A stretch of DNA of 64,000 bases from an uncultured Isosphaeraceae bacterium (GTDB lineage: Bacteria > Planctomycetota > Phycisphaerae > Phycisphaerales > SM1A02): contig CAZTMB010000001.1 of NCBI GenBank assembly GCA_964614695.1, positions 1,858 through 65,857 of the forward strand, read 5' to 3'. The position numbers and the translations under genes are program-made. This document shows, piece after piece, positions 1 through 7,827 of this stretch (the stretch's first letter is position 1; every line of letters begins with the position of its first letter). The notes below the pieces were generated by a model, which was not told where the DNA came from, did no database searches, and saw nothing but the letters and a program-made list of their open reading frames with translations.

Positions 1-2
1 TG

Positions 3-698
3 CTCCTGCGGTGGGGGCTGCCGCGAAACTGCCGCGAGTCGATCCGCGTGGTGCACTGGAATGCGGCGAGTCCCTCCGAACGCGACGCGCCGACCGCCTC
101 GCGGGCGCTCGCGGCACTCGATGCGGAGATCCTCGTCGTCTCGAACGACTGGTGGCTGTTCGGCCGCCCGTTCACCCGGCAGTGGAAGGACGAAGAGCGC
201 GTGGTCCATCGGGCCGGCCCGTTCGCCCTCGTGACCGAGCTTCCGATGCGGGAGGCGCGGCTGGTGCTCGCTTCGCAAGGACGATGGGCGGGACTCTTTC
301 GTGTCGAGGCAGCGTGGGCGCCGCGGGGCGAGCTCTCGATCCTCGCGGTCGACCTGCCCTCGTCGACGGAACTCTCGCGTCGCGAACTGGCGACGCGATT
401 GCGATCCGATCTCGAGAGTCTCGATCTCCCGCCGATCGACCTCGTCGTCGGCGACTTCAACATGGACGCGTCGAGCGCTTCGCTCGCCCGGGCGTTCCCC
501 GATCATCGCTCGGCGTTCGATGTGGTCGGGCAGGGCTACGCGGCGAGCTATCCGCGGCGGTTTCCGCTCTGGCATCCCGATCAGATCCTCATCGGCGACT
601 CGATCTCCCCGTGCGGCTATCGCCTGATCGATCTTGGCATCGGTACCCATCGAGCGCAGGAACTGCGACTGCCGGTGCCAACTGCGGAGACGCCCTGA
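3..698 (+). CDS. endonuclease/exonuclease/phosphatase (EEP) family protein, 5' end probably outside window
   Basis: Frame 3 is open from the first bases of the window (track ORF 48..698). It has an N-terminal strand 'IRVVHWNA' and a 'LVVGDFNMD' motif typical of the EEP fold, with high third-position GC. Confidence 0.6.
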   Translation, partial: LLRWGLPRNCRESIRVVHWNAASPSERDAPTASRALAALDAEILVVSNDWWLFGRPFTRQWKDEERVVHRAGPFALVTELPMREARLVLASQGRWAGLFRVEAAWAPRGELSILAVDLPSSTELSRRELATRLRSDLESLDLPPIDLVVGDFNMDASSASLARAFPDHRSAFDVVGQGYAASYPRRFPLWHPDQILIGDSISPCGYRLIDLGIGTHRAQELRLPVPTAETP

Positions 699-716
699 AC
701 CTCTTCGGACCTCCCG

Positions 717-1499
717 TCAGCGAGCGTCACGCGAGATGTGGTCCCACAGCCACGTGTAGAGCGTGTCCTGAGTGAGCGGGTCGGACACCATCTGCAGCGG
801 AAGACTCGAGGCGATGCTGCGATCGGCATCCACGAGCCAGTCGACCGAGCTGTCCGAGTGCAGCCGATTGGTGCCGTCGCCGTGATTGAAGTCACGGCGC
901 GTCCGCATGCCGTCGACGACGAGCACCCGACGAGGCCCCGTGCTGCCGAAGTGCCGACCGAGCCGCCGGTCGAAGTCGCCCCGGTAGTGATAGTTCGTGT
1001 AGACGTCCTGCGTGAAGGCCGGCTTGGTGAAGGCGATCGAGTAACGCTCGATCGCATGATCGCCAAGATGGCTCGGGCAGTAGCAGGCCCGCGGAACGTC
1101 CACGTAGGGGTTCCAGGGGTTCGAGAGCAGCCCGAGCCCATCCCACTTCGTCATCCCGAGTTCATCGGGACCCGCGCTGGCCGCCATCATCTCCTGCGGC
1201 TCCCAGTTCGTCGCCGTCAGATGCACCGACGAGGGCAGCCGTTCGTTGAAGTCCCCGGCGTAGGCCTGCATCGCCGTTCCGAACTGCCGCAGGTTGGACG
1301 CGCAGCCGATGCGATGGGTCGTGGCGCGGGCCGCGCGAAGTCCGGGCATCAACGTCGCCGTGAGAATCACCGCGATCGAGAGCACCGCCAGAAGTTCGAT
1401 CAGGTTGAAGCCGCGTCGACCTTGGAAAGCACGCTCCCCATGGGGTCGCAGGAGCGACCCGACTCGAGATCGCGGGTAGCGAGGCGAATCGAGGTTCAC
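717..1499 (-). CDS. DUF1559 / prepilin-type N-terminal cleavage-methylation domain protein
   Basis: Prepilin-like N-terminus 'RRGFNLIELLAVLSIAVILTA', then a DUF1559-like body ending 'NHGDGTNRLHSDSSVDWL'. This family is massively expanded in Planctomycetota. Confidence 0.8.
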   Translation of the reverse strand: MNLDSPRYPRSRVGSLLRPHGERAFQGRRGFNLIELLAVLSIAVILTATLMPGLRAARATTHRIGCASNLRQFGTAMQAYAGDFNERLPSSVHLTATNWEPQEMMAASAGPDELGMTKWDGLGLLSNPWNPYVDVPRACYCPSHLGDHAIERYSIAFTKPAFTQDVYTNYHYRGDFDRRLGRHFGSTGPRRVLVVDGMRTRRDFNHGDGTNRLHSDSSVDWLVDADRSIASSLPLQMVSDPLTQDTLYTWLWDHISRDAR

Positions 1500-1638
1500 G
1501 AGGGCTTCCGTCGGGACCGCCGCGGCAGTTCGTCAAAGGAGTCTAAACCCAAAAGCCTCCAAGGGGAGACCAAACCGGCAACCCGGGATCGATCGGTATA
1601 TTCCGACGTCCCGCCTCAGGTGCCGGTTCGCCGGAGAC

Positions 1639-2253
1639 TTGGCGGCGAGCGACGGTCCGTCGGGATCCGCGATGCCATCAACGCCCAACGCTCCCACCCC
1701 CGAAGAGGACTGGCGCCTGATGCAGCGGGTGGCGGAGGGGGACGAGGCGGCGGTCTCCGAGCTCTACGACCGTTTCAACGTGCTCGTCTTCCAGGCCGCG
1801 AGGCAGGTCTTGAACTCGCGGGCCGAGGCCGAGGACGCGGTTCAGGAGATCTTCGTACGGCTCTGGCGGACCGCCGACCGCTACGACCCGTCCCGAGCCA
1901 AGCTGGTGACATGGGTCATGCTCATCGCCCGTCGACACGTGATCGATCGGCTTCGTAGGCGGGGGGTTCGTCCCGATCACGGGGCCGGCGAGGGGCCGGC
2001 GCTGGATCAGTCGCCCGCCGCCGAGCGTGAGCAAACCGGGCCGGAGGAGAGCGAGCGCGAGAAGATCCGCGCGAGGATCGCGGAGCTGCCCACGTTGCAG
2101 CGGACCGTGATCGAGCGGGCCTATCTGCAAGGCTTCACGCTTCGGGAGATCTCCGAACAGCTTCAGGCGCCGCTCGGGACCGTCAAGTCGGCCCTCAGTC
2201 GCGGTCTCGGTCGCCTTCGGGATCGCCTCGAGGATCCGGGGATCAATCCATGA
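1639..2253 (+). CDS. RNA polymerase sigma-70 factor, ECF subfamily
   Basis: Region 2 'EDAVQEIFVRLWRTADRYD...LVTWVMLIARRHVIDRLRR' and region 4 HTH 'FTLREISEQLQAPLGTVKSALSRGLGRLR'. TTG start at 1639; an alternative ATG lies at 1672. Confidence 0.9.
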   Translation: MAASDGPSGSAMPSTPNAPTPEEDWRLMQRVAEGDEAAVSELYDRFNVLVFQAARQVLNSRAEAEDAVQEIFVRLWRTADRYDPSRAKLVTWVMLIARRHVIDRLRRRGVRPDHGAGEGPALDQSPAAEREQTGPEESEREKIRARIAELPTLQRTVIERAYLQGFTLREISEQLQAPLGTVKSALSRGLGRLRDRLEDPGINP

Positions 2254-2648
2254 GACTGCAGTGCGACCGTCCCCACGATTCACCAACCCCGGTTTCCGGA
2301 CCCGCGATCGCGTTCCGCAGGCGGGGGGAGTCGGGAACTCGCTTCATCGCCCGGCCATTTCGTTCGCCCCGTTGGAACCCCGATGCCCCGTCCTTCGGAT
2401 GGGCGGCCGTCCAGTCGGACTTTCCGAAGCGTTCGGGCGAAGGCGCGGCGAAGTCGCCTTTGAGTGGGAACGCTTCGCGGGCGACGGACGAATGGTGCGG
2501 CTCTCCGAGGCTCGCGGAGACCCGAAGGGGTTCGTGGGGATTGTCGGGGGATCGACTCGAGCCGATCGGGGTCGCGGTGGCCTCGGTGAAGTCTGATCCG
2601 GCGGGTGCTGGCTGGTGTGGGCACGAAAGGGTGGTCGCAGTCCGATGA
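2250..2648 (+). CDS. hypothetical 132-aa ORF bridging the sigma and anti-sigma genes (coding status uncertain)
   Basis: The ATG overlaps the sigma stop (ATGA at 2250-2253) and its TGA overlaps the anti-sigma ATG (ATGA at 2645-2648). Third-position GC looks lower than in neighbouring genes, and the antisense frame shares the same third positions, so coding is not proven. Confidence 0.3.
   Translation: MRLQCDRPHDSPTPVSGPAIAFRRRGESGTRFIARPFRSPRWNPDAPSFGWAAVQSDFPKRSGEGAAKSPLSGNASRATDEWCGSPRLAETRRGSWGLSGDRLEPIGVAVASVKSDPAGAGWCGHERVVAVR
2425..2477 (+). other. 10-bp perfect inverted repeat (CGAAGCGTTC / GAACGCTTCG) enclosing a GGCGA...TCGCC sub-stem, inside the sigma/anti-sigma spacer
   Basis: Read directly: 2425-2434 is the reverse complement of 2468-2477. 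Possible RNA structure if the spacer is non-coding. Confidence 0.35.
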
Positions 2649-3562
2649 GCAGCGACAGGTCGAACGAAGATGCCGGCGAGACGCCGATGGACCGCGAGGC
2701 GCTGTTGGATCTCGCGTCGCTCGAGGTGCTTGGGTTGCTCGACCGCGACACGGCGTCCGCCTTCCATCGGGCCCTGGAGCAGGCGCCCGAGCGATGGCGC
2801 GAGGAAGTGATCGAACGTCAGGCGGAGTGGGCGACCGATCCGAGGTTCCTTGCCTCGTCGACGCCTTCGGCCGAACTTCGGGCCCGTACGCTCGCGGCGG
2901 TCTCGCGCGAGATCCTCGCTGCCTCGTCGATTCCCGTCGCGGTCGGCGGCGGTTCCGCGGAGGCGTGGGGCGATTCGGCTTCGCGGCCCTCGCAGAGCGA
3001 GGAGTCGGTGTCGGGTCCGCTGCGGCAGATCGTCGAACAGTTGCGGATCCGTCAGGAGGCGGAACGCCGTTCACGCTCGGCGCCCTGGCTCTGGCGGGCG
3101 GCGAGCCTGATCCTCGGGGCAGGGCTGCTCATCAGCGCCTGGTTCCAGATCCGCATGAGCGATCGTGTGACCGAGATCGCCGAACTCTCCATGCAGCGTC
3201 AGACCGACGAGCAGATCCGCGCCTTGATCGGCGAGGGCTTCGAGCGATTCCTCGTGCCTCGCTGCTCGGTGACCGGGCTCGCGGCCGCGGCGGAAGGCGG
3301 TCGAGGCTCGGCGACGATCTACGTCCATCCCGATGGCGACGGCTTCCTGCTCGTCCTCGGACTTCCGTCGGCCGCCGGCCCCTACGAACTGCGGGCGATC
3401 TGCTGCGATGAAGGGGCCGACTCCGAGTCGATCCTCTCCTTCGAGCCGCTCGAGGCGGCGTCGGGATTCAGGCTTTCTGCCGAGCGGCTCGCGGGCCTCG
3501 CGGGCGGCGCCCGCTGGGAGATCGTCGACGGCAGCGGCCAGGTCGTGCTGCGATCGGCCTGA
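2645..3562 (+). CDS. putative anti-sigma factor (RskA-like, single-pass membrane)
   Basis: Lies downstream of the ECF sigma. Has an N-terminal 'EALLDLASLEVLGLLDRDTASAFHRAL' anti-sigma-like helix pair and a central TM 'WLWRAASLILGAGLLISAWF'. The track ORF begins at 2615 (GTG); ATG candidates are at 2645 and 2687. Confidence 0.65.
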   Translation: MSSDRSNEDAGETPMDREALLDLASLEVLGLLDRDTASAFHRALEQAPERWREEVIERQAEWATDPRFLASSTPSAELRARTLAAVSREILAASSIPVAVGGGSAEAWGDSASRPSQSEESVSGPLRQIVEQLRIRQEAERRSRSAPWLWRAASLILGAGLLISAWFQIRMSDRVTEIAELSMQRQTDEQIRALIGEGFERFLVPRCSVTGLAAAAEGGRGSATIYVHPDGDGFLLVLGLPSAAGPYELRAICCDEGADSESILSFEPLEAASGFRLSAERLAGLAGGARWEIVDGSGQVVLRSA

Positions 3563-3749
3563 CGGGACGACGAGACCGACCGCCGGCGGCTCGCTGTCGT
3601 TCGACTTGCGGAGACCGCGTCGACGCGTCTGCGTTGGCCCGCGTCGATGGGTTCGCGACGCCCAGACAGCGATCGATGCCGATCCCATGCCGGATTGCGC
3701 CGACGGTGTTGCGCGGCATGCGCTTGCCGCTCGCGCGGACGTCGATCGA

Positions 3750-5738
3750 TCAGGTCGGCTCGGCGTCGGCGCGGCGCGACCACTCGAACTCGATCGGCTC
3801 GAGTTCCGCGGTCGCCGCGTCGCGCTCGCGGGAGAGTCGCCGACTTGCGTCGCCATCGGCGAGCGTCTTCGGATCCATGAGCTTGTCGTCGATCTCGCGG
3901 ATCCGCCGCTCGAGCCGCTCGATCCGCTTCTCGAGCTCGCTCGTCGCGACCTTCGCGAACGGATCGCTCGAGGAGGCCCTGGAGGAGGAAGCCTTGGTGG
4001 AGGCGGCCTTGTCGCTCGGCTTTCCGGGCTTGGCGGCCGATGATCGGAGCCCGCGGATGTCCGAGTCCCTCGCCGCCTGCGCGGCCGCGGCACGCTGCTT
4101 CTCGAGCCACTGCGAGTAGCGGCCGGAGAACTCGATCGCGCCGCCGTTCCCGTCGAGCACGAGCAGTCGGTCGCAGGTCGCCTCGAGCAGCGCGCGATCG
4201 TGGCTGATCAGGATGAGCGAACCTGCGCTCTGCTTGCCGAACTCGATGATGGCGTGTTCGAGACGTTCGGCGGAGGGGATGTCGAGGTGGTTGCTCGGCT
4301 CGTCGAGGACGATCAGGTTGTGCGCCGCCGAGACGAGGCCCGCGAGGACCGCGCGGCCTCGCTCGCCGCCGGAGAGGTCCGCGAGCGGCTTCTCCTGATC
4401 CGAGCCGGAGAAGAGGAACGCGCCGGCGAGGTTGCGGGCCTGCTGCTCGCTCGCCTTCGCTGAACCGTCGAGCGAGAGGATCACCGACTGCAGGTATCGG
4501 TAGACCGGCAGGCTCAGGTCGAGGTGCTCCTGCGTCTGGCGGAACCAGCCGACGCTCAGCCTCGGGCTCGTCTTCACCTCGCCCGCATCCGCCTCGAGCT
4601 CGCCGAGCAGCGCCTTCACGAGGGTGGTCTTGCCCGCGCCGTTGGGGCCGATGATCCCAAGCCGCTCGCCGGGCTTGACGAGCAGCGCCAGCGCCTCGAA
4701 GAGCCGCTTGTCGCCGTAGCGCTTCGACAGGCCTTCGGCGGAAAGGAGGAAGTCTCCGACCCGCGGCGCCTTGGGAAGCAGCAGGTTCATCACGTCCTGC
4801 TCGACGGGGCGCTCGCCGAGCTCGTCGCGCTTGAATCGCTCGAGCCGGGACTCGCGACCGCGGGCCTGCTTGGCCCGCTGGCCGGCCTTGTAGCGGGCGA
4901 TGAACTGCTCCTCGCTGCGGATCCGATCGAGCTGCTTCTCGTAGTTGCGGGTCTGGGTGAGCAGGCGCTCGGCTCGAAGCGCGATGAAGTCCTGGTAGTT
5001 GCCCGGATACTCGCGAAGCCGCCCCTGGTCGATCTCGATGATCCGCGACACGACGCGGTCGAGCAGCCAGCGGTCGTGGCTCACGACGATCACCGCGCCG
5101 GGAAACTCCTCGGCGAGGAAGGTCTCGAGCCACTGCCTTCCCTCGATGTCGAGGTGGTTCGTCGGCTCGTCGAGGAGCAGCAGATCCGGCTGTTCGAGCA
5201 GCAGCCGCGCGAGACCGAGCCGCGCCTTCTGACCGCCCGAGAGCGTGCTGACCTTCTGCGAGAACTGCGCGTCGGTGAAGCCCAGGCCGTGCAGCGTCGC
5301 ATCGACCTTGTGGTCGACCGCGTATCCGCCGAGCGTCTCGATGCGCGATTCGATCTCCGCCTGGCGCTTGAGCAGGCGATCGAGTCCGTCGGGATCCTCG
5401 CCCTCGGGGCCGGCCATCGCCGCGAACACCGCGTCGAGCTCCTGATGCGCCGCGTGGAGATCGGCGAAGGCGCCCTCGGCGGCTCCGCGAAGCGTCTCGT
5501 CCGGATCGAGGCGCGGATCCTGCGACAGGTATCCCACCCTGCAGCCGCGCGACATGCCGATCGTGCCGGAGTCGGCCTTCATGAGGCCGGCGATGCACTT
5601 CATCAGCGTGCTCTTGCCGCACCCGTTGCGGCCGACGAGACCGATCTTCTCTCCGGACTCCATCGAGAAGGTGATCTCCTCGAGGATGTTGACCGAGCCG
5701 TGACCGAAGCGAAGCGCGTTGACGGAGAGCAGAGGCAT
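3750..5738 (-). CDS. ABC-F family ATPase (two ABC domains, C-terminal coiled coil, Uup-like)
   Basis: Walker A 'GRNGCGKST' and 'GPNGAGKTT', signatures 'LSGGQKARL' and 'LSGGERGR', and a coiled-coil tail 'ELEKRIERLERRIREIDDKL'. Start set at the internal ATG (MPLLSVNALRF). The upstream 344 codons of track ORF 3750..6770 are Arg/Ser/Pro-rich junk. Confidence 0.9.
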   Translation of the reverse strand: MPLLSVNALRFGHGSVNILEEITFSMESGEKIGLVGRNGCGKSTLMKCIAGLMKADSGTIGMSRGCRVGYLSQDPRLDPDETLRGAAEGAFADLHAAHQELDAVFAAMAGPEGEDPDGLDRLLKRQAEIESRIETLGGYAVDHKVDATLHGLGFTDAQFSQKVSTLSGGQKARLGLARLLLEQPDLLLLDEPTNHLDIEGRQWLETFLAEEFPGAVIVVSHDRWLLDRVVSRIIEIDQGRLREYPGNYQDFIALRAERLLTQTRNYEKQLDRIRSEEQFIARYKAGQRAKQARGRESRLERFKRDELGERPVEQDVMNLLLPKAPRVGDFLLSAEGLSKRYGDKRLFEALALLVKPGERLGIIGPNGAGKTTLVKALLGELEADAGEVKTSPRLSVGWFRQTQEHLDLSLPVYRYLQSVILSLDGSAKASEQQARNLAGAFLFSGSDQEKPLADLSGGERGRAVLAGLVSAAHNLIVLDEPSNHLDIPSAERLEHAIIEFGKQSAGSLILISHDRALLEATCDRLLVLDGNGGAIEFSGRYSQWLEKQRAAAAQAARDSDIRGLRSSAAKPGKPSDKAASTKASSSRASSSDPFAKVATSELEKRIERLERRIREIDDKLMDPKTLADGDASRRLSRERDAATAELEPIEFEWSRRADAEPT

Positions 5739-5821
5739 GGGCGGGGGAGAACTCGTCGGGAGGCGATTCGCCGGGGGCGAGGCGAATCGGGAAGTGTACG
5801 AGCGACCGGTACACTCGCGGC

Positions 5822-6271
5822 GTGCACGACGGATCTGCTTCGGGACCACCGACGATCGCCGCCCGCATCCGCCGCGCGGCGCTGCGGGTCGTGCCGGTCC
5901 TGCTCGTCGCGGGCGGGATCGCCTGGTGGTCGCACGCCCGGTCGATCCGCTGCGAATCGCACTTCGCCGCCTGGATCGCCGCGTTCGATCGTTCGATTCG
6001 CGAGGGCGAGCCGCGTCTGCCCTCCCCCGCGAACCTCGCCGATCCGCTGCTGACGGCGCCGATCGAGTCGGCGCTTGCCGCCGGCGTGGCGGCGGACCAC
6101 GCGGAGTCCGCGGCGACGATCGAGCCGGGCGAGTCGACCGGGTTCGCGCGGGCCCGCTGGCGGGATCGCGACGGCGTGTCGCGGTGGATCGAGCTTCGCT
6201 GCGACGGAGCCTCGATCGAGGTGAGCGGCGTCGGCTTCGAGCCGACCGGAGAGGAGTCCGACGAGTCATGA
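5822..6271 (+). CDS. hypothetical membrane-anchored protein
   Basis: Very high third-position GC, one TM 'VVPVLLVAGGIAWW', and a stop that overlaps the next gene's ATG (ATGA at 6268-6271). Confidence 0.55.
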   Translation: MHDGSASGPPTIAARIRRAALRVVPVLLVAGGIAWWSHARSIRCESHFAAWIAAFDRSIREGEPRLPSPANLADPLLTAPIESALAAGVAADHAESAATIEPGESTGFARARWRDRDGVSRWIELRCDGASIEVSGVGFEPTGEESDES

Positions 6272-7200
6272 TCGATCGCGAGCAACCCGCGCCGTCCGGT
6301 GCGGCGGAACCTGCGGCTGGACAGGCGACCGCCTGGCTGAACGGGCGATTCACCACGCTCGACGAGGCGAGGATCTCCGCCTTCGACGCCGGGTTCCAGC
6401 ATGGCGTCGGCCTCTTCGAGACGATCGCCGCCAGCGGCGGGAAGCCCCGCATGCTCGAAGCGCATCTCGATCGGCTCGCGACCTCGGCGAGGGAACTCCA
6501 TCTCAGCTCGCAACTGCGTGTCGATCCGCTTGCCGACGCGGTCGAAGCGACGCTCGAGAAGTCCGGGCTCGCCGACGCCCGCATTCGGGTGACGATCTCG
6601 GGGGGCGATCTCAACCTGCTCTCCCGCAGCGGCGGCAAGGGCGGCGATCCGACGATCCTGATCGCGGTGCAGCCGGCGACGCCGTATCCGACGGCGCTCT
6701 TCGAACGCGGCGCTCGTGTGAGGATCGCCGACGGACGCCTCAACCCGCTCGACGCCTTCGCCGCGCACAAGACGCTGAACTACTGGTCGCGCCTCGCGGC
6801 GCTGCAGGAGGCGCTTTCGCATCGCTGCGACGAGGCGCTGTGGCTCTCGGTCACGAACCACCTGTGCGGCGGCTCGGTCAGCAGCCTCATCCTCGTCCGC
6901 GACGGGCGAGTGGTCGCGCCGATCGCCCGTGGGGAGGAGCCCGCCGGCGGCCTCCGCTCGCCCATCCTGCCCGGGGTCACCCGCGCGGCGGTGCTGCAAT
7001 GGGCCGAGGAGGAGGGCCTCGAGGTCGAACGCCGCATGCTCTCGATCGAGGATCTCCTCAAGGCCGAGGAGGCCTGCCTCACGAACTCGGGCTGGGGCGT
7101 CCTGCCGCTCGTGGCGGTCGAGGCGGCGGAGATCGGCGACGGTCGACCCGGCCCGCGAACCACGGTCTGGCGTGATCGCTGGCTTCGCGGCGACGCGTGA
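6268..7200 (+). CDS. class IV (fold type IV) aminotransferase / aminodeoxychorismate lyase-like protein
   Basis: 'WLNGRFTTLDEARISAFDAGFQHGVGLFETI', 'IRVTISGG' and 'AHKTLNYW' are typical of the IlvE/PabC fold-type-IV family. Internal ATG of track ORF 5719..7200. Confidence 0.75.
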   Translation: MIDREQPAPSGAAEPAAGQATAWLNGRFTTLDEARISAFDAGFQHGVGLFETIAASGGKPRMLEAHLDRLATSARELHLSSQLRVDPLADAVEATLEKSGLADARIRVTISGGDLNLLSRSGGKGGDPTILIAVQPATPYPTALFERGARVRIADGRLNPLDAFAAHKTLNYWSRLAALQEALSHRCDEALWLSVTNHLCGGSVSSLILVRDGRVVAPIARGEEPAGGLRSPILPGVTRAAVLQWAEEEGLEVERRMLSIEDLLKAEEACLTNSGWGVLPLVAVEAAEIGDGRPGPRTTVWRDRWLRGDA

Positions 7201-7210
7201 ACGTTCCTTC

Positions 7211-7552
7211 TCAGGAGCGGCGGATCACCCGCACATTGACGCGATCGGGGTGCTCGAACTCGGTGTCGCGGTTCGCGACGGTTCCAAGTCCGAGCGTGCG
7301 TCGCACCCATCGTGCCGCCGCGACGATCAGGCCGACGGCGATCGCGACGACGCCGAAGGCCATGGCGAGCGAGAGCGCCACGAGCAGGACGAGGCCGACG
7401 AGCAGGAGGACCGGGATCGCGATCAGCAGCCGCGCGGCCGAGGACGCAAAGCCCTCGCGTCGCGCGGTCGCCGTCCGAAACCGCGCCGACCACGCCTCGC
7501 CGTGGTTCCGGACGATCGTCAAGCGGCGGATGAAGGCGGAGTCGGCGTGCAT
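7211..7552 (-). CDS. small membrane protein, hypothetical
   Basis: Two adjacent hydrophobic helices 'LLIAIPVLLLVGLVLLVALSLAMAFGVVAIAVGLIVAAA'. Start placed at the internal ATG of track ORF 7211..7699. Confidence 0.45.
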   Translation of the reverse strand: MHADSAFIRRLTIVRNHGEAWSARFRTATARREGFASSAARLLIAIPVLLLVGLVLLVALSLAMAFGVVAIAVGLIVAAARWVRRTLGLGTVANRDTEFEHPDRVNVRVIRRS

Positions 7553-7827
7553 GGGATGGGGAGTCGACGTCTCGGGCTCTCGATCGACAACGAGGGTAGG
7601 TCGGCGGCGACGTGAAGTCGCGGGTGGAGCGGGACGCGATGGCGATCGCTGAACGCAGGATCGACACGCGGTCGAGACCCGATCTGCGTTCGCGTCCACG
7701 CGGAGGCCGGCGGAGCGGGGCCTCCGAGCCGACGTCCGGCATCGCGGTCCCGTCGTGACGCCGAGGCCCCGCCGGTTTCCGCGCGCCGCGGCGTCGGAGG
7801 CACACGGCCGCGCCCCCGCGTCGTAGC

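Noticed and set aside
2243-2767. 174-aa minus-strand ORF as an alternative explanation for the sigma/anti-sigma spacer
   Set aside because: It shares its third codon positions with the plus ORF, so GC3 cannot discriminate between them. It would overlap the anti-sigma coding region by about 120 nt and has no coupling or motif. I consider it less likely than either the plus ORF or non-coding RNA.
3563-3749. Bidirectional terminator between the convergent anti-sigma and ABC-F genes (palindrome CGCGTCGACGCG near 3625)
   Set aside because: It is only a short 12-nt palindrome with no flanking T/A tracts. That is too weak to call a terminator.
3382-6999. 1205-aa minus-strand ORF spanning the ABC-F gene, the small TM gene and the class IV aminotransferase
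   Set aside because: It has extreme Arg/Ala/Pro/Gly composition and no motifs. It is out of frame with, or antisense to, genes with strong homology signatures. This is a typical high-GC shadow ORF.
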